Below, piece by piece: positions 1-9,700 of a DNA stretch of 37,439 bases (position 1 is its first letter; each line of letters opens with the position of its first letter). The stretch lies in IMG/VR virus record IMGVR_UViG_3300035688_000604; one strand, 5' to 3'. Source of the stretch: a virus. Taxonomy: Duplodnaviria > Heunggongvirae > Uroviricota > Caudoviricetes. The translations under genes were made by a program, and so were the position numbers. The notes beneath the pieces were generated by a model. That model saw only the letters and a program-made list of their open reading frames with translations, searched no databases and was not told the origin of the DNA.

Positions 1-159
1 CGCAGGGGAGAGGGGTGTGGGGGGCTAATTGAACCTTTTCATGTTCAGAACATACTCTTTGGTTCTAAAAACTAATGCTGGTGGTAATCTTGAATGGTTT
101 GGTGGTAATGGTGGTAAAGTATTTAAACTTACCTTAACAACAAAATAGTAGTGATTTCG

Positions 160-330
160 ATGAAAGAAGAAGATTTAGAAGTTGTTGTGACCAACAAAAG
201 AGAAAAAAATGGTCAAATTAGAATAACCATTCCTTCAAGATTTAGAAAATCCTTCTCACATAAAATCTGGAAGATGGTTAGAAAAAAAATTGGAAATAAT
301 GAATATTTTATATTAAAAAAAATCAAGTGA
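160..330 (+). CDS. AbrB/SpoVT-like small DNA-binding protein (56 aa)
   Basis: Hand translation MKEEDLEVVVTNKREKNGQIRITIPSRFRKS...; GQIRITIP..R resembles the AbrB swapped-hairpin motif; heads the + strand operon. Confidence 0.5.
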   Translation: MKEEDLEVVVTNKREKNGQIRITIPSRFRKSFSHKIWKMVRKKIGNNEYFILKKIK

Positions 331-334
331 GGTT

Positions 335-1069
335 ATGCACACAGAAAAAGAATTTCTCAATCTCATGAAAGAAAATGGATTCAGTGTATTGGAAGTTTCA
401 TCTCAATGGTCTACCCCTGCAACTAAATATCCTCTATCAAAAATCGTCTCTGCCGAGATTATCAGAGATGAGTATTGTGAAGGTATTTATGTTATGGAAG
501 GTGTTGGTGGTTATGAGTTCTTCTGGGTCAATGATAAAATTCCTATAACTATTCTTAATATAAATGGCAAGTGTGTTATGACCGATGACCCCCTTCATGA
601 AATTGGTATGGAAGAGTTAGGCAAGTCGAGTCATGGTAAAGTCCTTGTCGGTGGTCTCGGTCTTGGTCTAATTGTCCATGCTCTTGAAAAGAACCCTGAT
701 GTTGAGAATGTTGATGTTGTTGAGTATAATGAAGATGTGATAAAATTAATAGAGCCTTTGATTCCAAAAACAAAGACAAATATACACAAAGGTGATGTTT
801 TAGATGAAGAATGGAAACAGAAAAGTTATGATACAATCATACTCGACTTGTGGGTTAAAGGTGAAGATGGAGATGGTCTCGCTGGAATTGATAAAAGGAT
901 AGATGTCCACAGTCATACACTATCTTCTTTTGCTGAGTTCAAAAGTGCTTATCCAAATAGTGATGTGTTTATCTGGGGTTCAAGAAGTAAAATGATGAAT
1001 CCTTCAATCAAAAAAATGCCAAGTAAAAAATATTTTGAGTTCACTAAAAGAATGGAAGGGATGAAATAA
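335..1069 (+). CDS. Class I SAM-dependent methyltransferase, spermidine-synthase-like fold
   Basis: VLVGGLGLGL motif I, VDVVE (acidic end of beta-2), GDV, YDTIILDLW motif IV; GAGG RBS upstream. Confidence 0.75.
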   Translation: MHTEKEFLNLMKENGFSVLEVSSQWSTPATKYPLSKIVSAEIIRDEYCEGIYVMEGVGGYEFFWVNDKIPITILNINGKCVMTDDPLHEIGMEELGKSSHGKVLVGGLGLGLIVHALEKNPDVENVDVVEYNEDVIKLIEPLIPKTKTNIHKGDVLDEEWKQKSYDTIILDLWVKGEDGDGLAGIDKRIDVHSHTLSSFAEFKSAYPNSDVFIWGSRSKMMNPSIKKMPSKKYFEFTKRMEGMK

Positions 1070-2019
1070 TGATTGAACAATTCAGAAATTGGAATCCAAA
1101 ATCGAAAATCAAGATAAAATATAAAGATAACACTGGAGCAATCAGTGTCTGGCAAGCCGACCAGATACAACTTCTCAATGATATTCAGAGAATAGTAAAT
1201 TTCTATTCATCACAAGGAATAAAACTCACGAACAGACAATTATACTACCAACTTGTATCTGAAGGAATCATACCAAATGCTGATGCAGTCTACAAAAGAA
1301 TATGCACGTTCATTACTGATGCAAGATATGGTGGTAAAATAGATTGGAAAATGATTGAAGATAGAGGTCGTATTCCAGAAAAACATGCAGAATGGGATAA
1401 CATCAGCGACCTTGTGAAAAGTGCTGTCTATTCATACAGACTTCCGAGATGGAGTAACCAAGAATACTATATTGAACTCTACTGTGAGAAGCAAGCAATG
1501 GAAAGTGTTTTGAAACCGATAGCCGATAAGTATCATATTTATTTTGGATATAATAAGGGATATTCAAGTGCATCAACAATTTATGATATAGCACAGAGAC
1601 TCAAGGAACAAATCAAAAATGGAAAACAATGTATAGTCCTGTATCTCGGAGACCATGACCCATCGGGTCTTGATATGATTCGAGATATAAAAGTAAGGTT
1701 GAAAGAATTTCTTACTGGTGGAGATGACCCAGTTGACCCAGATTTTGATGTGATACAAATTGCATTGAACATGAAACAGATAAAACAATACAATCCACCA
1801 CCAAACCCAGCAAAGATAACAGACCCAAGAGCAAAGGGGTATATAACTAATTTCGGTAACATGAGTTGGGAACTTGATTCATTGAAACCAAATGTTCTTA
1901 TTCAACTCACAGAACAAGGCATCTTACAATATCTTGATGTCACTAAATACAATACTTGGATTCAACAAGAAAAGAAAGAATCCGAAAAACTCAAAGATTT
2001 TTCTAAAACAATAAGGTGA
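1069..2019 (+). CDS. Topo VI-A/Spo11-like protein (winged helix + Toprim; DUF2399/JetD-like)
   Basis: LTNRQLYYQLV (winged helix, candidate catalytic Tyr), IELYCEK (Toprim Glu), GYSS, LYLGDHDPSG (DxD), WELDSL; TAATG coupling. Confidence 0.75.
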   Translation: MIEQFRNWNPKSKIKIKYKDNTGAISVWQADQIQLLNDIQRIVNFYSSQGIKLTNRQLYYQLVSEGIIPNADAVYKRICTFITDARYGGKIDWKMIEDRGRIPEKHAEWDNISDLVKSAVYSYRLPRWSNQEYYIELYCEKQAMESVLKPIADKYHIYFGYNKGYSSASTIYDIAQRLKEQIKNGKQCIVLYLGDHDPSGLDMIRDIKVRLKEFLTGGDDPVDPDFDVIQIALNMKQIKQYNPPPNPAKITDPRAKGYITNFGNMSWELDSLKPNVLIQLTEQGILQYLDVTKYNTWIQQEKKESEKLKDFSKTIR

Positions 2020-3239
2020 ACGTAATGAAATACAGCATATCTGCACTCTCAGACAATCTCTGTAGCAAGAGTTTTGAAAGTTTTGCCAATTTTCTTAGTC
2101 AGGGAATGATGAGAGAAAATCCTGATTTTAAAGATTATTTGAAAGACCATACTATGATAACGAGAGAAAGCGTGGAAAGATTTATCTCATTCTGTGATTT
2201 AATATCCATACTTAGATTTCTAAAGACCAGAAAGGATTTTGTTATAGAATCGGAGATAGTTAAAGATTTCCAAAAAGGGCATCATATAAATCAGGATTAT
2301 GGTTTTACTTTGAAGACACCATTCCCTATAACATATATAAATTTTGATGACCCTGTTGAGGTTGAGATAGCGATACCAGAAAATTATTTCGATGGATTTA
2401 TGGATAATGATTATAACGAGTGGATTGAAAACAAAGTAAAGGAAAAAATGGTTGTTATCAAAAACCTGCTTCATGGTATTTTAATAGTTAGTGACCCGAA
2501 GGTTTTCAGAGAGATGAAGGATTCAACAGTCAACATGCAAGAACATGGTAAGAAAGTGATGCACGAAGATTCTTTCCAATATTATAAGACGATGAACCCA
2601 GAAAAAACGTTCAAGGTTTATTTCATTCTCGATGATTTGAGATTGAAGGAAGAATACAAAAAACAGTCTGAAGGTAAAGTTAATGAAAAGGTGAATGCCA
2701 TATTAAGAAAAAGTTATGAATACACCAACATACTTTTTGATTCTGAAAAACTTCCGAACTTCATATCAGAGTTCGGTCTTGGTGTCATCAATTTGAATGA
2801 GAAAGGTAGGGACGAACTCTCAAAGTGCCTGTGCAAACTGCTTGACATCACAATCCAAATAATAAATTTCATCAACTCTAATGATTATGTCGAACAAGCA
2901 CCGATGTGGAAAAGCCAGAAAAGCAAAGAACATTATGAAAAAAAATTCAACATGGCTTTGCCACCAGAGTTCTATATGTTGCGTGTCAAATATCCAAAGG
3001 AATTCATGACAAGAAATGGAGAAGGTCAGTCACACTCGCCTTATGGGTATCAGTTTGATGTTAGAGGGCATTGGAGACATTTGAGGTCTCCTGTATATAA
3101 ACAAAAAAGAGGAGCGGTAATTTGGATACCAAACTTCAAGAAAGGTCATGGTCTTTATATCCAAAAACGTTATGATGTTGTCAGCGAGCCAGATAAACTG
3201 ACTCAAGACCATTTGAAAGTAGAAAAGGTGGAACAATGA
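2016..3239 (+). CDS. Hypothetical virus-type protein with C-terminal VRGHWR...WIP motif
   Basis: 407-aa ORF; FDVRGHWRHLR...VIWIPNFKKG motif recurs in phage proteins of unknown function. Confidence 0.6.
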   Translation: MNVMKYSISALSDNLCSKSFESFANFLSQGMMRENPDFKDYLKDHTMITRESVERFISFCDLISILRFLKTRKDFVIESEIVKDFQKGHHINQDYGFTLKTPFPITYINFDDPVEVEIAIPENYFDGFMDNDYNEWIENKVKEKMVVIKNLLHGILIVSDPKVFREMKDSTVNMQEHGKKVMHEDSFQYYKTMNPEKTFKVYFILDDLRLKEEYKKQSEGKVNEKVNAILRKSYEYTNILFDSEKLPNFISEFGLGVINLNEKGRDELSKCLCKLLDITIQIINFINSNDYVEQAPMWKSQKSKEHYEKKFNMALPPEFYMLRVKYPKEFMTRNGEGQSHSPYGYQFDVRGHWRHLRSPVYKQKRGAVIWIPNFKKGHGLYIQKRYDVVSEPDKLTQDHLKVEKVEQ

Positions 3240-3406
3240 AAATAACTGCTCCGATATTCATAAAAATTGGCGACAAGATAACACCATTCATAAACAAACC
3301 AATGAAAATTTTTATTCAGGAATTTAACCCAAAAGAAGGTGTGATAATCGCAGATGGTAGACCTGTGAAACTCATAGATGGTAAATGGGTTTATATTCCT
3401 AAATAG
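3236..3406 (+). CDS. Small hypothetical protein (56 aa)
   Basis: ATGA overlap with the upstream stop, AGGTGG RBS; MKITAPIFIKIGDK...WVYIPK. Confidence 0.6.
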   Translation: MKITAPIFIKIGDKITPFINKPMKIFIQEFNPKEGVIIADGRPVKLIDGKWVYIPK

Positions 3407-3459
3407 ATAAAAAAGTGGCTCTTGGATACCATGTTGAGTTCAGTTGGGTTAGGGTCAAC

Positions 3460-3621
3460 TCATATTTTTACTATAGTTAATGATTCTTTTCTCAGATTTT
3501 TGTGACATTGAGAGCAGTTCACAATTGGATGTTTACTCTTGAATATTGTCTTCCTGATGACAAAGATATTACGAACATGTGTGAGTGAATGACAATTAGG
3601 GCATTGAAAATAGGTAGTCAT
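3460..3621 (-). CDS. Zinc-ribbon protein (53 aa)
   Basis: Hand translation MTTYFQCPNCH...VNCSQCHKN...; two CxxC pairs. Confidence 0.6.
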   Translation of the reverse strand: MTTYFQCPNCHSLTHVRNIFVIRKTIFKSKHPIVNCSQCHKNLRKESLTIVKI

Positions 3622-3651
3622 GAATAATCACAGAAGATGTTTTAGAAGTGT

Positions 3652-4086
3652 TTAAACTTTGACTTTCTTCTCTCGTAATAATTTACCAGCAGTTGTTTTC
3701 TCTGCTGGTGTGAATTTGACTTTACCAGTTTTCTTGATATAATCTACCATTGTATGCATCTTTATTTTTTCCTTTGATATGCTATCCTTAGTCTTCCAAG
3801 AACCTCTGACTTCCATCTCAAAATCTGGCTCTAACTTCTTATTCCTTGCATCAACTTTTAAAACCCAAGTCCTCATATCATATTCACTCGCTATGACTTC
3901 TGCAAACATCTTGGCAGATTTTAGATTATCCCAAAGATAAATATATTCTGGTCGGCTCTTCGCAGAAACAGTCGGAATATATTCTGGTAATTTTTTCTTT
4001 GGTTTAAGACCTTCAACAAGAATACCAAGAGTTTTTAAAGCATCGGCTACATGATACATCTCTGCCTTGTTAATTTTATGAACCAT
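3652..4086 (-). CDS. MVH-start protein, putative ADP-ribosyltransferase fold (Tpt1/KptA/DUF952-like)
   Basis: Starts MVHK; MYH...ILVEGLKP...YIYLW...A...VLKVD...PD...W...I..EKI pattern matches Tpt1/KptA-like ART domains by eye. Confidence 0.5.
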   Translation of the reverse strand: MVHKINKAEMYHVADALKTLGILVEGLKPKKKLPEYIPTVSAKSRPEYIYLWDNLKSAKMFAEVIASEYDMRTWVLKVDARNKKLEPDFEMEVRGSWKTKDSISKEKIKMHTMVDYIKKTGKVKFTPAEKTTAGKLLREKKVKV

Positions 4087-4088
4087 TT

Positions 4089-4271
4089 TTACACCTTTTT
4101 AATTACCTTAAAATTTTGATTTATAAGAACACGCCTGAAGTCTTTCATTTCTTTTTCATTCTTGAATTTCATAGTTAAACAATGCAAATGTAAATCTGCC
4201 TGAAATTTATTCGGATAAACAATAATCGTTGATGGAATCGATTTTCTATAATAAATAATCTTGTGAACCAT
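4089..4271 (-). CDS. MVH-start small basic protein (60 aa)
   Basis: ATGGTTCACAAG at 4271, 1 nt after the stop of the 810-aa gene; more likely start than 4322. Confidence 0.7.
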   Translation of the reverse strand: MVHKIIYYRKSIPSTIIVYPNKFQADLHLHCLTMKFKNEKEMKDFRRVLINQNFKVIKKV

Positions 4272-4272
4272 C

Positions 4273-6705
4273 TTATATTCCTTCGCCAGTTTTCTTACCA
4301 AATGAAGAGAATATAAAACCAAACATTGCAGTCACTGACAAAATAATGATAAAAATTGCAAGTGGCGGGCTCATACCTAATAAGAGATTACCCACACCTT
4401 CACCCACATCAGAAAGTGTGTCATTTAATTGTGTCGGCATACAAGAAAGACCGTATGATTTGATATAGTTCGTTGTGAAATTAAAAGATTCAAACAGTGG
4501 ATTGCATTTTATTGCAGTTGCGTTGAAAGTATAATTTATGTAGTAATCCCTAACAGCATCTGCATGATAACAATCAGATGGACAAGTTTCAACATATTCA
4601 AGACCGACCAAATCAATATCATTTGCTACTCCAGAAAATAATGTATTATCCTTGCTATCCTTCACGATGGCAATTGGATTGTTATTAGTAGTCAAATTCA
4701 CATACCAATATCTCCAAATTTCTGAAGTAGAATCACCAATATAATACAAACTTTCATCATCACCAAATGAACAGTTTATGCATGTCAAAGTCGTATCATA
4801 TAAAGCATAATTTTCTGTCAATCCAATAAACATGCTATCAGTGAAATTAAAATATTGATGCCAACTTGGATAAGAACCATCTAACCCCCAATCACTATCT
4901 CTGCTCACAACATTTCTTCCTGTGATATTTGAATTCTCATAAGTTATTTGATTTGTTTTAACATTCTCTAATTTCACATCCGCATCTGAAAAGAACATGG
5001 AAGAACCATTCTGCATATTCATATTTTTGAAAGTAACATTCTGGCAATTTTGACACATAACATACATCGTATCTTCGGTTATATCTTGATTGGAGATGTC
5101 TTTATGATAATATAGAGGTAATCCATTAGCAATATTGTTACTGAATTCTTGAGGAACAAAATATAAATCAACCGTCTTAAAAATGTAATTTTCAACTGGG
5201 TCATAAGCATTCGTCACTGTGAAATTATTATTTTTGATTGTTCCAGTTCTTGCTGAAGTATCCCAATTTGCAAATCCCCCCCTTGAAGTTATCACTGTAT
5301 TGTTAGCAAAAACAAAGTAATCACTGATATAATAGTCCCCAATGTCAGAAGACATAGAACCATTATAAAGCGTGTTATTTTCCACTAACGTATTGTTGAA
5401 ACCAACTAATCTTACCGCTCTATACTGTATATCAGAAGAAATGTTGTTATATTGAACTAAAGCATCAGTTCCATTTCGTAAATATACTCCATAATTGCCA
5501 TCAATCGTATTGTTTATGAAAGTTACACCATTAGAATTATCAACATAAACAATATAATTACCTGTGTTGTTATAGAAATTATTGCCTCTGAAAACATGAT
5601 TATAACCACCATCAAGCCATATTGCATACAGAGCATCATTTATATCATTATTTTCTATAGTCACGTTATCATAACTTCCATACCCCCCTGTAGATGCAAT
5701 TCCTATAGTCCAAGTTTTAAGTTTGCATCCGTTTATTGTTACGTTTGAATGACCCATTTCATATATCCCGTCTATCTCAGTATCTTTATAAACATCATAC
5801 GGTTCAACTCCAACAATCTCCGTTCCATTGCATTCTATATCTACATTGTCAGACATTATTTCTATAGCACCACAATGATAAGGTGGAGTTAAACAGTCTG
5901 TATCATTTATAATATAAGTCCCATTACAAAAATGATATGTTCCTGAAGAAGTTATTTCCAAATCACTTGTTGGTGTGACTCCACAATCTTGACAACAGTT
6001 TTGATAATTTTCATTTCCCTCACAAATATCATCCCCACAAATTGAATAATCCACTGACATTATCGGTGGATAATATCCACTAACAAGACATGGACAGTAT
6101 TGATAAGGGTCTTGAGTGCAAACCCAATCAGTTCCATTCCAACTAACAGAATTATCAGCAGGTTTGTCTTTTGAATTAGCCATCAAATATCCAACATAAT
6201 TAGCACCTGTATATGGGGTTATTGCAAAACTAACATAACCATCATTTTGATGTTTTAATGCAATTGGTAACACATCCCATGTCCAATTTAATTTTTGTCC
6301 ATTTCCATACGGAAAACCATAACTAAAAATATAATCCCCATAGGGTGGTTTATTAGTCCAATTAATCGTGTTCTCATCCCAACTTTGGTTTATTTCATAA
6401 AGGTATACATTAAATCCATTATGATTTAAATCGACTGTTAACCAATCAAAACAATCAGTAAAATTTGCATTAACCACACTTGAATTTTCTGGTAAGGTCA
6501 TATTAAATGCAAAGAATCCTTCAGCATCTCCAAAAGATGGGCTGGGTCTATCATCAACAGAAATCCATATTTTATCTCCACCCACACCACCATCATAAAA
6601 ATTAATATAAGCATCATCAATCGGAGTAAAATTTGCACCATAAAGAGCATTCACACTATTGAAAGAAAGACATAAAAAGAGAAATATTATGATGATTCTC
6701 TTCAT
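4273..6705 (-). CDS. Secreted surface/adhesin-like protein: DNRLRE-like domain, CGDxxC repeat, parallel beta-helix, conserved C-terminal anchor
   Basis: N-terminal signal peptide; DDAYIN...WDENTINWTNKP; CGDDICEGNENYQNCCQDCG; IxNN repeats; C-term TLSDVGEGVGNLLLGM + TM + GKKTGEGI. Confidence 0.85.
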   Translation of the reverse strand: MKRIIIIFLFLCLSFNSVNALYGANFTPIDDAYINFYDGGVGGDKIWISVDDRPSPSFGDAEGFFAFNMTLPENSSVVNANFTDCFDWLTVDLNHNGFNVYLYEINQSWDENTINWTNKPPYGDYIFSYGFPYGNGQKLNWTWDVLPIALKHQNDGYVSFAITPYTGANYVGYLMANSKDKPADNSVSWNGTDWVCTQDPYQYCPCLVSGYYPPIMSVDYSICGDDICEGNENYQNCCQDCGVTPTSDLEITSSGTYHFCNGTYIINDTDCLTPPYHCGAIEIMSDNVDIECNGTEIVGVEPYDVYKDTEIDGIYEMGHSNVTINGCKLKTWTIGIASTGGYGSYDNVTIENNDINDALYAIWLDGGYNHVFRGNNFYNNTGNYIVYVDNSNGVTFINNTIDGNYGVYLRNGTDALVQYNNISSDIQYRAVRLVGFNNTLVENNTLYNGSMSSDIGDYYISDYFVFANNTVITSRGGFANWDTSARTGTIKNNNFTVTNAYDPVENYIFKTVDLYFVPQEFSNNIANGLPLYYHKDISNQDITEDTMYVMCQNCQNVTFKNMNMQNGSSMFFSDADVKLENVKTNQITYENSNITGRNVVSRDSDWGLDGSYPSWHQYFNFTDSMFIGLTENYALYDTTLTCINCSFGDDESLYYIGDSTSEIWRYWYVNLTTNNNPIAIVKDSKDNTLFSGVANDIDLVGLEYVETCPSDCYHADAVRDYYINYTFNATAIKCNPLFESFNFTTNYIKSYGLSCMPTQLNDTLSDVGEGVGNLLLGMSPPLAIFIIILSVTAMFGFIFSSFGKKTGEGI

Positions 6706-9700
6706 ATTCCTTCACCCGTCTTCTTGCTGATTGATGCGATTATGAATCCAAACATCGCAGTCACAGATAAAAGAATGATGAATATTACTAACGGGTTGCT
6801 CATATTCAACAATAAATTACCTACACCCTGCCCTATATCTTCTCCAGTCTCACTGAATCCTCTTATTCCAATAAATGTAAGATTCAAACCATGTAGATAA
6901 TTGGTAAGCATATCCAGACTCAAGTATAAACTACCATAATTATTTTTCCAGAGCGTCAAGTTATAAGGTGCGTATTCCTCATAGTAGATATTTCCAGAAT
7001 CTTCCCACATCCTGTATCGAGGAACAGCCAAATTAATCAAACTTGATATATTGCTCAATACAGTATTGCCAAATCTGTTTTTTAGTAGAATGTTGACTGA
7101 AAGTGGAGTTGGGCTTCCGAATAACCCAGACTTAATCCACCATTTTCTGAAGACATTAGCACCGACATCCAAGTAATCAGTGCTGTTATCATAAGTAACA
7201 TTAGTCATGTTCATGTTTGCTTGATATACATACAATTCTGCTGAGTTATTTGTCATAGTAGAATCGTATACATCACAATTACTTACTTCACACGCTATAC
7301 TGTTATCGCTATTTTCTACTTTTATCTTTCTCATAGTTCCATTTGAAACGACAAATTCAATGCCACCCCAAGCATGATTCGTATTTATATTCTCTGCATT
7401 GCAATTAGAACATCCACCAAACTGTAAATATTGTTTGCTTCCAACATTCTGATTCTTTACAGTAACATTATTAGAAAGAACTATAAAAAGCAGATTTGTC
7501 TCAGTATCAAATTGGTCTGAACTTATTACTGTGTTATTTATGCTTTTATTGTAGAAAATTGGTCTCCCATTCGCTGTGTTGCTCGTGTCTATATCATTAT
7601 CATAAGCCTCAATGTTTTCTCCATATATATAAAATGACGTTAAATAATTTAAAAGAGACGAAGTGAAGTTATTATCACGCATATAAACATTACCTGTAGT
7701 TGTAGTAGCAGGAATAAACTGGAAAGCATTTCGTTCTGATGAGAATGTGTTGTTTATTACACGGGTTCTACCAGACCTTAATAGAAGACCAGAAGAGTAG
7801 ATATTTGAAATGAATTCATTATTAGTTATATTTAAAAACCCGTCTCCTATATCAAAATCGGAATTTGCATCCTGAATTCCATATCTGGCTATATTATCTG
7901 CACGATTTCTGTCTATTGTTCCATTTGTTGTGTTCCCTAACCATATTCCTGCACGAACATGAGAAGCATAATTGTCTGTTATGTTGAAATATTTAACATC
8001 TTCAAGCCTATATCCAACTTGTTCTGGATTTGATGGATATGAGGTTTCATTGCAATCATTACCTATTATATCTATGTTGTATATGAATTCATAATTACCC
8101 CAAGTAGCAACACAATGACCAGCACCCGTTCTAACTTTATTGAATGTGTTGTTCTGGATTGTTATGTTTTCTCCGTATTCGTCTATATGAATTCCTATAT
8201 AATAATCCATGAAATTTGAATCCCTTACATCTATATTTGTTATATTATCCATCCAAACATTATCCCCACTTGTGTTATAAACAGTTGAATCATCTATTGT
8301 AACATTATCACTGTTTGTAATTTGAATACCATTGCTATCAAAGTTAGACAAAGTGCAATTATCTATAATCGCATCACTCGTATTAAATAAGTTTATACCA
8401 TTACTCCCCCCAACAAAAACAGTATCACTAATCAAAATATTAGAATGTATATTTTCAGCATGAACCCCCTCATTACAGTCATGAACATAATTATCATGAA
8501 AACTCAATGATGTCTCTAATGGTCTGACAAATAATAAACAATTTTGTGAGTTATATAATTCAGAATTCTTTATTTCAACATCTCCACCACCATCATCTGA
8601 AGCATAATTTCTAACTGTATCATGAATATCAACATTATCAAAAACAACATCTGTCCCGTTATTAGTTATAGCAACCCCAACCTGACAATTTTTTATTTCA
8701 CTATTAGACCAATGAATATTAGATGCGTTATGTGCTATTTCAGAACCAAATAGACCACTCGTATCAACACTCACATTGTCTATAGAAACATTGTATGTAT
8801 TATCAGCAATGGTCATACCATCAAAACCAACATCATGAATGTCAATATCAATCATGTTTATATTATGAGAATCACCCCATACCCCCCCTGCTCTATCACT
8901 AATATTCCATACTTCACCCAAATCAAAATCAACATTATAAACATCAATCAATACTATTCCTTCTTGCGAATCTGTTACATTAAAGTTTTGGACTGTAATG
9001 TTTCGAGAACCGTCATCAATATAAATCCCGTTATCATTACTTCCATCACCAAATACAGTTATATTGTCTAATGTGATATTATCAGATGATTCTAAATAAA
9101 CACCGTTACCAAGATGCTCTATATACCCATTTGTAAATACACCGACTTCTCCATTTTCATTTGTAGCCCTGCCATAAATTCCATTATTTACATTATGCAT
9201 CTCATAATTACTAATGTTCCAATTCTGACCAGTATGTGCTTGAAGGACATCTAAATAGATTCCACTATCTGCATCGTTTATTTTAATATTATTTAGATTT
9301 ATACCATAAGAAGGCACATCTGTTCCTGCTCTAATCCATGCAATGATAAAAATCCCTTTATCAAGACTGTCATTGATACTTATATTATTACCAGATACAT
9401 TTTGAACACCTTGCAGAACAATTCCTTTATTCTGATTTACTGAAGTAAGATTATTAATTGTGATGTTACTTACATTACAAAATGTAACACCCGTATTAAC
9501 AGTATCAAATATATTGACATTTTTTAGTTCGACATTAGCAGATGAATTTATTAATATTCCAGAACCAGAAGCCCCATTGATAGTAACATTATCAATATAT
9601 ACAGTGATTGCATCGAAAGCATCAATACAATTTCCAGTGCAGTTCTCAAAAGTGACATTTATAATCGTCACATTGCTCGACCCTACATGAACTCCTTCAT

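Noticed and set aside
1-30. G-rich tract at the window start (possible G-quadruplex or terminal element)
   Set aside because: Truncated by the window edge and no second copy is seen; cannot be interpreted
335-346. MH start of the methyltransferase as an array member
   Set aside because: It lies on the opposite strand in a different operon whose other genes lack the motif; may be chance
576-3236. Minus-strand ORFs under the left operon (576-836, 949-1170, 1403-1594, 1573-1788, 1581-1862, 2220-2474, 3030-3236)
   Set aside because: Antisense shadows of well-supported + strand genes with no motifs or RBS
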